DNA of 64,000 nucleotides. It comes from Tubiluchus corallicola (lineage: Eukaryota > Animalia > Priapulida). The notes beneath the pieces are model-generated. The model had not been told where the DNA came from, searched no databases, and saw only the letters and a program-made list of their open reading frames with translations. Below, piece by piece: positions 14,201 to 29,200 of this stretch. A program made the position numbers and the translations under genes. The first letter of the stretch is position 1. Every line of letters begins with the position of its first letter. The DNA is taken from contig JAQGDQ010000131.1 in NCBI GenBank assembly GCA_030141605.1, forward strand, positions 477,536-541,535, written 5' to 3'.

Positions 14201-17200
14201 GTTAGAGTGTTGAAAATGAACTTGCAGTGTGACTATAACAAACATTGTGTTCAAGATACATAATGCAGTTTATTAAATTGCATACAGAATATTTCATTTA
14301 AATTCGAGTTGTACAAAATTAAATCCTTCACTAATTAGAATAAAGAACCCCAAAAAACTAATTCCATGTAGCTGTAATCAATAAATTAGCACTTGATTGT
14401 TGTTTAGGTAACTTTTTGATTGTTGATCTTAATAAAACCTTACTGGCACTCAGACACATCCTCTAAATCTACAATGAACTGATGCACATTGTGTATCATC
14501 TACTAGAGCACTTGTAGAACATCTTGTAGAACACTCACTGTCGAAAACTGTTCCTGATAATACAATCAGGAAAGTATTTAGGCACCAGCTAAGCAAAAAA
14601 TTTCAGCAACACAATTAAGTGAAGTCCACTAAAATACTAAACTGAAATAAACCATTACAATGTCAAGGAATTGAAATAATGAATATAATAGTTGATAATT
14701 AGCCCTTTTCTGTTTATCACTGTAATCAATTTTATACTAAAGACTTCTATGCGAAACAAGCTGGTATATATAGTTTAAGAGAATACACTACCCGATAGTA
14801 CCTGTTGCAGTCATTATCTACCTCAAATTGCTTTAGTCATTATTAAGCGACTATAGGCCTCACTGTTAAATACATTAGCTCTTTTATCTGGACCTAAATG
14901 CATCTCCGATACAACATGCCTTTTGCTTATCCTTTGTTGTGAATTCTATACCTCTTAAACTTTTTGTCTGTGTCAAAGTAGAATGCCAGTAGTGATTGTT
15001 CGGACGCCAATGTAACCGTCTTTTCCTCATCAATCAATTCAAATAAAAGACTGCTTTTACAAGATTCAAGCTGGACAGGATCCCAGCCTGCTTTTCCTGA
15101 TATATGGTCATCCTAAAATAATAAAGCACATAAATATTTAACATTGTACTTGCACTTTACAATAAAAAAATACAAATTATCTTGTAAAATATATTAGTAG
15201 TATCATGAATATCTCACAGATGGCACCAAATTCCTACAAAAAATGCTAATTAGTGTCCTTTATAAATGACTTCTACGGATTCTCATCATGAAAATAATAA
15301 TAATCATACTAGAACACCACTTTAATATTTCATGCACAGTTTTTCAGTTTCTAGCATTATTTACACTATATGAACTATTACGCTTTCTATAAATTATCGT
15401 GAATAATGCAAGTTGGTAATTTTTCGGGAACAATATATACACTTTTTAAGCAAAATGGAGAAGCATAAATGCAACATTTTAGATAAATGAAAGCACAGAC
15501 AAGGAACAGTTTTGACAGTTAACTCTGTCATTAACAACCTAGAAATTTATTATTGCACAGAACATCTTAATATTCAAATAACATACGATCAACAGTAACA
15601 GCTACTTACAACAATGGCTTTAGCTCGTTTGTATGCACTGACTATATGTGATGATTTACACAACATAAACTGCAGTAGTCCAACTGGTGGTCGTACTTTT
15701 ATACTGAAAGAAGAATTTAGAATTGTAGAACCATTTTTAAAAAATTGAACAATTCATTTGTGTTTCACCAGAATTTTTACACCCATAATACATGTTTAAA
15801 ACTCTTATACTTTATGCATGTTTGGAATAGAAATTGACAGAATGAAAATCTTAAAAATAAACTTACAAATATTATTTTCTGTACACATTTTCAGCATTTT
15901 TTTATATTTAACCAGCTACTACCATTTTACATATTCACTTACTATATATGTTTGCTAGCTTGGAAATCGCTTCAAAAAGAGTTTAAATGAAGAATAATTA
16001 AAATGACTTTACCAGCACAAGAAAATCTACTCTATTTTATTTATCACCGAAAGCTGAATAAAAAGACTATCAGGACACAAGATGCTGAAAGGGCCAACAA
16101 CAAAATGCTGTTGTCGTAACTTGCATCCTAGTGCTACTTAAAGTAATGTCAATCAGAAAAATGAGGTCACATAATACCGTACGTGTAATGGTATGACAAG
16201 CCGTGACCGCGTATTTGTCTCCACATTGGACCCTAAAATAGCAAACATTTGACAAATCATGAATAATCATTAGAAATAATCATAAACAATCTAGGTCATT
16301 CAAATTGAATTTTGAAAAATATAAATTTATTTCACCTTAAAATTCATAATATAGACAAAATTGCAGATGTCGAGTTTTTTATTAGAATGGCTGTAGCTTG
16401 TGGTTAGCAGTCAAAGTTAGCAGTGTCAAGGTTAGCCGATAAATGGATAACCTAATTTCAACAGTGTCCCGCCATATGTCTAGCATGTTAGTCCACTTAC
16501 TTCTAACTGTGTTAGGTACTGTATGAACACCATGATGGCAGGCAGGTCAGGGTGTCTGTGTGAAGTAATGCACTTAACAGTTTGTGATAAGAAAGCCGAC
16601 TCTAATGCGCCAACGCCTATGATGACACCAGTTGCCAGTCCTTCATCAGGTGAATTGAGTAAATCTGAGCACTTCTTAACAGGAGACAATCTAGAAGAAT
16701 GAAAAATTCTCTTCAATGTCTTCACTTTAGCTAGCCATAACTCAATGATAAATTTTTACATAAAGAACTGTGACAAGACAGAATTAATTCGTGTCACCCT
16801 ACAACTGATCTAAATGATTGCACCTTACTATATGTTCGTAAGTGTGAGCTGATAACATCAATTGGGAGAACATTCGGGCTATAAACAGAAGGTACTGGGT
16901 TTAAATCCGGATCAAGCTGACTCACAATTTTTCAGATTAATCAGTGGTTTGATAAAAACTGTTAGGTTTGTTATTTCTGGTTTATCAAAGTTCATTATCT
17001 AAAAAGAAATGTTTTTTATAATTAGTTACAAAAGCAGATACACTACAAAATAGATGCAAGGATGCGTGAACTTCTCAAATCGCATACAACCACATAGTTA
17101 CTACAGTTGGCACCATATAAGGAACAATGTTTCTGTTTCAAGTGCAAAGAAAACGTTTAAATAAAACAGTGCTGCTAAAAGATTTGTTATTTTGAATAAA

Positions 17201-20200
17201 CTAAGAGCATTAGCACAGGCAATTGCTTATTTACAGGATAAAATCTAGGTATAATATTATCGCCATAACTATGTAGCCACGCATCATTTAACATCTGACG
17301 AAAAATTTGATATCTCAAGGTATTGCTTAAAAAGCTGATAGCTCTCATGAGGTAAGTAAATAATTTATAAATCTTAAAAGAAATGCAATTTTATTATCAG
17401 ATTTTGGAAGTAGTAATTCTCTTTAAAAGTTACTACGTTTTGGATGCTTTTTCAAATCTAAAAAAATTCGAATGCCAGGCTTTGCATCTCCTTAAAATAC
17501 AAAGTAGTCCCTAATGTCTTAGAAAATACTGAATGCTTAATTTTGCTCTGGTAAAAGCTGTTTAGAAGATTACTACTTACTTCCTAATTGTGCACTTGAT
17601 ATTGTCTGGAAGAAATTCGTTTTTCCATATTGATACGGGGTCAGGATGAACATCAGCCAACCGTGCTACGTTAGCTGTCATGTGAACAGTGACATTCTCC
17701 GGCTGAGTAATATGAGAAATCAGCTTCTCGAACTTGCCTACAATCTGTCAAAATGTTAAATGCTTGATAATTTAATAATACTTGATAAACAAATTTGCGA
17801 ATGGGGAAGCGAAGCTTAATGAAAAAAGCAAATGAGAGTACCAGGACACACAGAGAGACATCTTTCACTATCTTTAGGTTCCAAAGTCTTCTACTACAAC
17901 CAGTGATTTTATTTGGTTATAGATGCTGAAACATAAAGGCAAATTAAGATGTACATAAAAATGTCTCTTTAGTGTGGATGCTCTTCATCACTTTTCAGAT
18001 CATATTTGATAAATGTCAAAAAACAAATTTCGAAGCTGTTGATTATTGTAACCTCTTAAAAGTCAAGTAATAATCAGTAATTTTATCAAATGCAATAATT
18101 GCTTTAAGGTAATAAACATACATGCTAAGAGCCTTAAAGAACTTATTACTTCTGCCATTCAACTACCACAGATTTGCACCACATGCCACTGCATGCTGCT
18201 TAGAAAAGTCCTGAAAATACCGCACAAAAATTTGCTATTGGACAATGAGACTCCTACATTGTCCTATAACTAAGGTTTGAACACAGCTGATTTAACTCTA
18301 CTTCTAGAATTTTAATGACTGGCTGTTAGAGCAATGCTGACTGAGTGAATCAGCATGTAGTAAAATTTTGTTACTTTCTGAGTCTTCTACACACATTAGT
18401 AACGCTCGGTATTACTATAAAAACAAATTACAGTGGGTGCCAATTATTAGACTCGCAGTTAATAGAATCAGTCGCCTAACTGACTCAAAAATATCTGGTA
18501 AGGGACACTCCTACACTCCTACTCAAATGTATATAAAAACTATCGGCAATTAAAACTAAAATAACTCTGCATAATTGACTCAATATTTTTGCTTCACATA
18601 CTTAAAATAACACACTTGCATGTGACCAGAGAGCTTTTTACCTTTATGCAACCTGTAAAGCTATATTTCGTTTTGTACATTATAATGGACTTAGAACTTT
18701 AGAAGCAATTGGGTTAAGTACGTTTAAGAAAGTTTTACATGAGCTGATATTCTAGCAATTTATAGAAGCTAAACTTTTAATTACGATCTTAGCGATTTCT
18801 TGTTGAAACTTTTGCTGCTTTTCACAGAACTCTTAAATCAATCAATTATTATGTGACCGATGCAGTGACAATAACCTGTTAGTGTTCTTTGTGACTTTAC
18901 AAGCGTAGAGTTAATTTTGAAAAATACAATATAAGCATGAAGACCTAACATTTACAGTGCAGCTGAAGAGTGATGACTCTTCTATCTTAGTAATACTACA
19001 CCCATCAGCTAATAGGTTTGGTCGGTTAATTGGGTCAAAACCCTTCCATCCCAATGTGATTCTACAGTAATACAAAGTATGTGCAATGATTGCTCATTCA
19101 TCAAATACAATTATAGAATATACAAAAGGACACCTTCTTTTCATTCAGTTCTAGCTCTTCCAACATGAGGCTTAAAAACTTGTGCTGGCGCATCATACCG
19201 CTAATGTACCGGTTACTCTCTACAAAATAAATAAACCAAATTCACATACAAATAACAATTATTAGCAAAATTTAGAATTTACACAATGGCACTAATTGGG
19301 AGCATTAGAACGTCTTGCATACAAGAAGATGTGCCAATTTCATTATCTAATCTCAAGACACTGAACAAAAATTTGGTTGCAAGCTGAAGAATTTACAACA
19401 AATTTCGTGAACTGTTGCATACGGATTTACTAGTAATGTTTGTAGTAATAAATTTCTTTGTTTTTCAGTAATTTTATTGTGATCCTGAAGATTGGAGAAA
19501 TCCAGAAATATTGATAAAAAGTCAGCAAGGAGTTTTTAACATCAAAACTTCGTTGTTTGATTATTTTTGGCTCGAAGAAGCAAATAACAGTAAAATTGAG
19601 AATATTTTATTTCATATTTATACTAATCAGCACTCACAAATGAGGCATAAGCTATGCTACAAATTTTGTAAAGTAATTTGTCAGTTGCACAATACCATGT
19701 GTTATAAAATGGGTCTTTTTTGGAAAAAATGTCACACAAGACAATTTAACTTGCAAAAATTTGATCTGGTAACAAAAGAAACGAACCTACATTCTTGAAA
19801 AAATCTGCATCTCAACAGATTATATTTGTTCAATTTAAACACTCACCTTTACAAAAATTTAAGTCTTTTACAGCAGATTGGCATATTTTCTGTCCGCTAC
19901 GCTTCATTCGTGACACATCGCTCACCATTTTGCCAGCTATAATACGTATGCGCTCGGCAGTAAAGATGACATCATATAACAATGCTCTTGCCCATTTCAC
20001 ACCTTTCTTGTATTTTTCATGTTCCACCTGTAAAACATAACCTAGGGATGCACAAAAGTAATAAACACAACTTTCTACAATGATTTCATTTATTAGTCTT
20101 ACAAAATGTAATTTACAAGTTTTCATTTCCAGTATTAATTTATAAACATTATCAAGTTAAAAAAAGGCCAAAAACTCTTTACAGTGCATTCAGACTAGCA

Positions 20201-23200
20201 AGTTTTCTCGCCAACTAAACTGATCAAACATGAATCACATTATACAGTTTGAAATCTTTCTCATTCGCTCATTTGTGGGAAATGTACAGTCCTGCAAAAC
20301 ACAAATGTACACATTTCTTTTCTTCTACCCTCTAGGTGTGCTAGGTATTTTGTTCAAATTCCTTACTCACCTTTAATGTCACAGCAATTAATTCAGAAAC
20401 ATGTCCACACTTGAACCTCTTTCCTCCTATGCCTATCTCGGTATCAAAGTCCAAAGTGTCATCGCCAAGTTGCGCTACAACATCTTGATATGGAATCACT
20501 TCTAAAAATACAATGTTACAGCATCTAGTATGAATTGAATTCAAGCATGCATATTTCCTTTGCGTGAACGATTATCTACTCAAAAGTTGGCATAATCAGG
20601 TTAAACAAACATATTATAGTTCCTTAAAAAGCAAATAATCACAATCTCGTTCAAACCTTGAAATGCTTAGATAATTTTTCATATACCTAACTCGGTTGAT
20701 ACTCCTATTCAGAGTAACAGCATAATGAAAAATGTGTCACACATCATGTTACTCGAGTTAACTAAAATAATAGAATTGGAATCGAAATGTTTGTAATTTA
20801 AAATTTTGTGAGCAAAATTGAAGTATTGAACTCGCACCAAACTGTAGGCTAAGAAAAAACTTTTAATTAAAACTTAAATGCAAAAACAATCACTGAGATT
20901 CTTAAAAGTTCACATTATACATTAGTAATAGGTACTTTTGAAGCTGAGTCAGTTGCCAGTTAACAGTTAAATTATGGAGATGCATTTTTTTAAATAATTC
21001 GTCTTGCTTGTACACAGAAAAAAGCTGATGTACAAATTCAAATAATGCATTAAAGATCAATTTTTTATTACAGTGGATGACGCTTAATAGACTCAATCGC
21101 TTAATTGACTCAGAAATGCCCGGTACGGGCTGCTTCTATTCAATTGTACATAAAACCTATCGGTAAATGACTCAAATAACTTCGCATAACTGACTCAATA
21201 TTTCTGCTTCACATGCTTCGATAAGACACTTTTGTGTGACAAATAAGCTTTTATGTCCTATAATATACATAGAAACAATCATGTTAAGTACCGCTTTGTC
21301 TGTTTAGCCATTTGCTTTTGAAGGTCTGGCTGTCCTTGCCAGAAAGTTTAATCAGTTAGTTGCTGCTGTGATGCTAGGGACATAGCTACAGGTACAGAAC
21401 AGTATGTCACGATAGGATCTTAGACGAAACTACAGACAAAGTTGCAGGGAAACAGGGGCACCACCAACAGTTTAAGCATGCAAAACACTAATTATTTTAC
21501 GAAAATTTGTGCATCATATAGCAACAGATTTTCAATGTTTTTATGAGACTTTTTGTGAGCCAACTTCCTAGCAATAAAATGAAGCAGCTGACATTGAAGG
21601 AATATTTTTGTAATTTTTGCAAATAAACAGACTTGCGTGATTTAGAAAAGTATACTTTTTAATTTATTGCTAATTCACTTGTATAAAGTAATATTTTAAA
21701 GTATTTTTTCTAATTTTTGACTGCACAAAGGAATTTAGCCATTACTTCATTTCTAAAATTCATTAAAAAACTTTGCAGTGCATAGTAGGCAGGTGACTCA
21801 TACTCTACCAGTAATTACAACACCTATTGGTTAATAGGTCCAGTCGGTTAATTGGGTCCGGTCCCAAAGTGAGCCTATTAAGTGGCACCTACTGTATAAT
21901 AAAAAAGCAATAGATTTATTCAAATATAATTTAAATCCAACTCATGGCGAGGGTGCGAGGCTTATCTTGGTTACCGATGAATCAATGCCAAAACACCCAA
22001 ATGATCGTATACATGTGACTAACGTTGACTATTTGTGTATTTAATTTTGAGATGACCAACTTTTTCATTCAAACACTTCTAAAGTTTAGTATCTCTGCCA
22101 GCACATGCACAATCTGAACACGAATCTGCCATATTTCAACCAATGATTAGCAGTGTCATGCGATTATCACAAGAGTGAAAATCTTCGCAGCCGGCAAAAA
22201 TGTCGGTTAGTTCGACTCCCGTCACTAAGCGTGACTAAAGTTGGTTTTCTTATCGGCTAGGTTGACTGCAGAAATAAATTGGCTGGAGCTCAGCTGAAAC
22301 GGCACGGCTCTGGGCTCTAGTAATAACTAATTTTGTTTATTATCTACCAGTAATTGATTCAACTATTGTTCTCAGAGTCTCTGCGTATCATTTAAGAAGA
22401 AAAACCAATTAAGAATTTAAGCTATTTGATTATCCTTTTTCTTGTAGTATTCTGAACTCTCATATTTATTTGATTTTGATCTAAGCAGCAAATATTGCCA
22501 AAATAGCCGATTTTTGCATTAGACTGTATTTATACATGTATTGTCAATAGCCTAGATGAGTGCTATGATGTCATACTAAAGCCTGCATGAAACTGATTGT
22601 CAAAATTTGAACATGATGTGGTTATCAAGTATAAATAAACTACATTCTGAGATGCAATCATATCTCATGCCAGTACTACTCTGGATACTTATGAGCAAAT
22701 AATACTTATGATACTTAATAAGTTATCTACTAATTACCTCCGTTTCTCCTAATTGGAGACTCACAGATAACTTCAACAAGCACGCATAAATAAGGCTTTA
22801 GATCTAGTGGCAATTCAGATGTGTTCAATAAAACATCAATCTGAAAAGAATGCTGAGTGAATTAGGAAAATTTGACAAATTTAAAAAACAGGTCTGCAAA
22901 TTTATCTGCTTAGATTCAAATTAAGATTTATTGCAAATAAACCTCACTAATGTTAATCATACTAATGAGAATTTATGTTTGTCTGACCCAGAAAATCACA
23001 CTTGCTAAAAATGTCTACAAAAAAGTTTCAATAACTATAAAATTTAGACTTATACACCATTCAATATAGGTTAACCAAAATGTTTTTCTACAATACCTTC
23101 GTACTCATGCTTTAATTAGAGCGCTAAAAATCTCTCATTGTATAAAGTAACAAAATAGTTCTACTCTCTGAATGTTAGGAAAACTCTCAAACATTAAAAT

Positions 23201-26200
23201 CAGATGCTAAAAATGTCTACAAAAAAGTTTCAATAACTATAAAATTTAGACTTATACACCATTCAATATAGGTTAACCAAAATGTTTTTCTACAATACCT
23301 TCGTACTCATGCTTTAATTAGAGCGCTAAAAATCTCTCATTGTATAAAGTAACAAAATAGTTCTACTCTCTGAATGTTAGGAAAACTCTCAAACATTAAA
23401 ATCAGATTTTAACCTAACAAAGACGTTTAATTGTGTTACTAACTAACAACACAATACCTCGACAAAGTTTGTATGCATATCATCAAGCTGGAAAGTAAAC
23501 GGTAAGTCAGCTAACGGAAAGCGTTCATTAGCATTTGCGAGGTCCGGATCACGATTTGTAGTTGTGACTATTGGATGAAATTGTATACTGGCAATCCCTG
23601 GTACTGATAAGCTACTTATAAGCTCTCCGGGTGGTGGAACCTTAGTGATATTCAGTAATTAATAACCATAAAAACACTCTAACAATGCCAACAAGTATTC
23701 CAAATACTTATAGAATAACAAGCACATTTAATTTTAGCAGATTTCTAAAATTCAATAGCTCAAAGGCAATAAAAATTTCTATGGAAACAGTATTAATTCA
23801 GAGCACTCAAAACATACGCCTGAACTGCTCAAGCTTAGTAATAATACAGTCATGTTAGATTACAATTAACTGTAGAGGTTTCATATAGTACCATCTAAAT
23901 AACTGTAAAGAAGGGCATTTATCTCACAACCTTAGCTGAGCAAGCATAAGAGTGGAAATAAATGTTTATTGAAGTACTTGATAAAAAATGTTCAAATCAA
24001 GGGTAGCAGATCAAAAAGGAATAATGACCAGAGCACAGCAAAGCCCACGAAAGAAAAAATAGTGACAAAATCTGCAGTAAAATACTGTTTTGCGTAGCAC
24101 ACATGGTCATATTTTTAGAAATATTTAATAAATATATGACAATTCCAATTAGATGCAACAACAGTGTGTAAAACTTGACTTGTTAATGTACTTAATGAAG
24201 TATGCAGCAATATGTCTTTCAAATTCTTTTCCCAATATCAGTGAGGCATTTTCTTGAATAACTTGACAATTTACACTCACAAACTAAACTATACCTCATT
24301 GTTCACTGTAGACTCATGGACTTTATCAGCCATGGCTTTCAAACCAGCCTCACCCAGTTCCTTCTTCTGTTGGCTGATTCTGGCTTTCTCTTCTTCTGCC
24401 ATGGCATCCATTAACTGAATAGAAGGTTCACCAATTATCTTAAAAACACAAAAGAAAATGTTTTGTTGTAAATAATGTTCTTGTAAAGTGCAAACATGTT
24501 GTCATTGATGCCTATTGTCATTCCCATGGTCATCGTTCTCACAGTAAATTTTGTTACAATTGTCATCACATCATCGTCCTCATCATCATCATCATCACCC
24601 TTTTTGCTTATCGCTATTATCATCATTATCTTCCATCTTCCTCTGCTCGTCCTTGCCCTTGTTCTCAACCTACTCTTCATCATCATCAACATCTCTACCA
24701 TCATCAAAATCATTGCATTAAAATATCAAGAGTACAGTACCACATGTACTTTTTATAAAAATTATATGATCGGAAGTGGTACTGACAAGCCAATGGCATC
24801 GCACGTGAATAGTTTTTTGCTATGTTTACCAGTCTTGAAGGCAGATTTCTTAATTCTGCCTTCCCAGTGTCTACAAGAATCATAATGAGCTTTCGATGGT
24901 GTCAAAAATTATTTCTGCTAAAATTTATTATATGATATCAGGTCACAAGTACGTGTAAGATATGCTTATATTAATGACTTAAAATGAATGGAATGCATCT
25001 TACAGCCACGTGATTAGCAGCAACAAAGTATTTTTCAATAAGGTTGATCCAAAAATCCTCGGGTTCACTTTTCATTTTACGAAATTCTTGCACTTGGTTC
25101 AAACGTCGATTTAACTGAAAAAAACGATTAAATTAAACTTGCAATGCATAGAAAATTAGATCAATTAACCAAAACAGGGTCTCAAATGCACATTTATAGT
25201 CAGTACTAGCAATGCGTATCCATTCCATTCATAGACTATACACAGAAAATATTAGCATAACATTTGCAGACAAATTGCTGGGTAATGCAACAAATAAAAG
25301 AGGTACAAAATTACTGAAAATACCAAGAATTGATTTTTATTTATAAAGCATTTTCTGGAGCAGTAAGTACTTGAAATTATAATCCACTATACACAATATA
25401 AATAAGTGGAACTACTGCTTGAGTTAAACCTTCTTAATAAACTGTGTATCTCACATTAAAATCATTCAGAATTTTCTAAAAGCTAAACAGGTCTTGCAAA
25501 TAATTATATAATAACAAAATCGAGAGCAATTAAGTAGAGATGCTATTTATTGGCAAATATGCATATATGAATACGTATTTTTAAAGAGCACAAAAAGTTA
25601 AATTGCTAGGAACTTACATCCTCCTCCGTGTTGCCATAGAGAAAGTGGCCAATGCAAGTGAAAGCCACAGAATCGTGAGGATTGCTTTCCAAGTGATTTA
25701 GACAATCTAAGATTCGACGGTGAATAACGGACTGCATTCGAGTCATGTCGATGCTTGTGCTGCCATCCACAAACCTTTCTAGAACCCTGTGTAACCTGAA
25801 CAAACAAACAAATAATTGTAAAGTCTCCTCCTTCAATAGTAGTTATACAAACAAATATGGCACAGGCAACTCACTGAACAGACAAGCCAGGGCTTTTTAT
25901 TTAAAATGCAAAAAAATTACTGAAGAACTGTAACGTTCCTAGTTTAAAGTAATATTCTGTTTGGAGTAACATGTGCATCATGCTGTGCACAGTACATAAG
26001 AGTATACATTCTAGTTACTCAAGAGGCACAAATTATAGTTGATGGTTTCTTCAACAAATGTTAGACAAACTTAAATGTTGTGTTAATTAACAAATAGTCC
26101 GATTTCAGAATCATTTTCAAAAGACATTCTCAATTTAGAAAACTATTGTTTGACAACGAAACTTCAGCTAAAATTTATAGAATGTAAAACAGATTTACAA

Positions 26201-29200
26201 AATCAACTTTATACTAGTTAAAATATAGTATGAGCACAAACTACTTTGTAGTTTATACAGAGACTGCATATTATAAAGAAAGACTTAATTTAATGAAAAA
26301 TCTTCTAAAAACGAAAACCTGGAATGCATTTGAAGAAAAAAGTAATCACTATCATACACAAGGTAAATATTATAAAAAAAATTCAAATGTCACGAGAAAA
26401 TGCCATTATTTCCACAATTTAAGAAACGAATCCATATTTAGTTCATATCTAGTTGTTCACTACATACTGACAAAGTGCTTGTTTGATTAACTAGGCATTT
26501 GCCAATGAGGAAAGCAAATGTTAACCAACCAAGTTTTTGGTAATGTAAGCTCCCTGGTTAATACTAGAAAAGTGTCCCGCAAATTCGACTCAAGTTAAAA
26601 TTTGCATTTAAACATATCTTGTGGATTAACGCAGCAATAGTAATAAGACTCATAAGCAGTTCACCCAAAGCTATAGATGGACATTCATTTTTATACTCGA
26701 ATAAAAGCTGAGAAAATGAAAAACACACTAAAATTTATTCATGTTCTTATACTTACAGTGTCGTTACAGAGTCAAGTTTCTCGTAATCTGTATTTTCGAA
26801 TTCTAAGCAAATGCATGTTTCATAATTCTCTACAATTGTGTAATGGACATTGCCAGAATAAGGATCGTCAATTTCCACAAACTCTTGTTTAAGAGGTGCA
26901 ACTACAGTATCGGTAAAGTATTCCATTAACACCATCATGGCACTGACTAGATATAATTCCTATAAAAACATTTAACTATTAATACAAAAACTGGACTGGG
27001 ACAGCAATGTACCATGCTTAATTAAGTTTTCAATTTAGAATTCCTTTTAGAATTTAGGATGTAGGAACTAATCTACGAATAAATAAACATGAACAAAATT
27101 TATCTTGAACTGAAATAAACAAAAGTTCAAAATTGAAGAACACGTATGAAATAGAAGTGACCATCGAACGTTCGAGTTCAATTCGAATCTAAAATCATGG
27201 ATTTGAATAAGTTACCACTTCAACTACAAAAGTTCTTTTTTCATTTAAATGTTTGAAACAGCATGCAATCATCACAATTCAGCTGCAATTTCTGTGTACA
27301 ATTTTTAAACAAATAATTAGAGCTTTTACTGCAGCATAAATACAAGTAATATGCATGATTTTTTGCAAGACCGCTTTTTATTAATGATTCAAAAATTTAT
27401 TCGAAATTCTTTAAAACTGAATTCGAATTCGGTTTGATTCGAGTTCAAAAGTAAAAAATTCATTTAGATTATTCGCTTTCTGACTGAGAATGCTCACCCC
27501 TAATATAAAGCAATGACTGTTTATTATAGCAAAGGATGAACAATGGTCTGGAAAATAAATTACCTCAGCTAAAAAAACAAAATCAAAGAATGAAAAAAAT
27601 TTGTAGATGAGCTAAAAGACCAGAAAAATAATGAAGAAGGTGGTTAATACAGATGCCAAAAAATGTAAAAACATAGGAAACCTTTTAACCAAGCTAGAAA
27701 ACCATTCAACTATATGATACACAAGAGTGAAGTGTATAAAAAGAAAGTTGTGCAAATTAAAAACCAGTTCAACAAGACACCAGAAAAATTCAGAAATGAA
27801 GGTACATGGCCTGAAGTCTTCATGAATTAATAGAGCACAGCAAAGAAACTAATTAAATACAAAAGTTTTTTACCTGAGCTAACGGGCCCCGCCATGCTAC
27901 CAGAACAAGACCTTGATCCTCATCATCAGTAGGATACTTTACTGTCTTTTCCACATAGCTGTCTAATGGCGATACCGGTGTTTGCCAAGGTCGTTCAAAG
28001 TCCCCCTGATCACCCTGCAGAAAATTAAAACCATCAAATAGGATCTGCCATGTGGCAAGTGTAAAAAATTACAGAATTGAATTACTTGATTACGAACAGA
28101 TGTCTTTTGTCATCGCGTATGTTCAATTTTAATAAGCTCTAGCTTAATGAACGCACAGCAAAGATTTTCATTTTTCAGGTTTCTCACCTTCATTTCAATT
28201 CTTTCTTCAATCGGCTTTAAAGCTTGAAACAGTGCAAAGGCATCAACTTGCCCTGTAACAATTACACAGAGATTTTCCGGTCGATAGAAAGTGTGGTGGT
28301 AATCACATACCTAGAAATTAAACCAAACAAGTGTTTGTTCATTACACATCATATCTAGTACTTTTGCAAAATATAAATACAACGTGACAATATGCACAAC
28401 GTCTTCATTTCAAAATACTGGTTCGGTTAACAAATCTACAATGTCTTCTTTTTTCCGTGAATTAGCCATTATGTTACCGGTCATCAAATGCATGATTTTT
28501 TTGTGCGACCTATGTTAAAGAACAAATAAAGTTAGTGATCTGAGGCTGAATTTGGATTCTAATGCTATTTACTTATTTAAGTAATTTGCCGTTGTTTTCT
28601 GACTAGAACTAATCATCAAATTTGACTATAATAATATCTCACAAATATTTCAGACAGATTTTGTATTAAACTGATGTTAGTTTTTTGAACTTCTTACCAA
28701 ATCAAACACACTTGGCTAACAGAAACTTTGCAACTGCTGCTAACCTTCAAAGTATTAATAATTCAAGCCCTCCAAACTACTATGGCTGCAAATATGAAAG
28801 CAAGCATTAATTAACTCCTGTTAGAAATAAAATTGAATGTAGATCACAGTTTTTAATTTGTTTTTTCATGTGTATGATGTACCTTACTCATTTGTTTAAA
28901 TTGGTCACAGAAACGTACAAAGATTTCTACTGTTGCGCTAACTGTTATGTGCACAAGTCCCTTGTTCGGAGATTTCCTACACTGTTCATGAAAGTTTTTT
29001 GGAGAAAATGATGCAGTAGTTACTATATTACTTTTTTAACCAACATTTTGATGTTTTTGATGCTTGTAATATTTTTTGCAAACAAAATTGAAAACCCCTT
29101 CTGAATTAAATGCTTGTTTATATTATTTATCTTGTGACTTGTGAGTGTAGTGCATAACACTGAGCTGTCAGCAACTTATAACGAGATTGAATTTTTCAAT

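Noticed and set aside
16845-16920. tRNA-like segments (also ~5230-5295 on -, ~6750-6795, ~22200-22225)
   Set aside because: Only degenerate A/B boxes and no complete cloverleaf; most likely decayed tRNA-derived SINEs, not tRNA genes.
24435-24885. Hydrophobic or Asp-rich ORFs
   Set aside because: Derived from a (CAT)n microsatellite inside an M16 intron.
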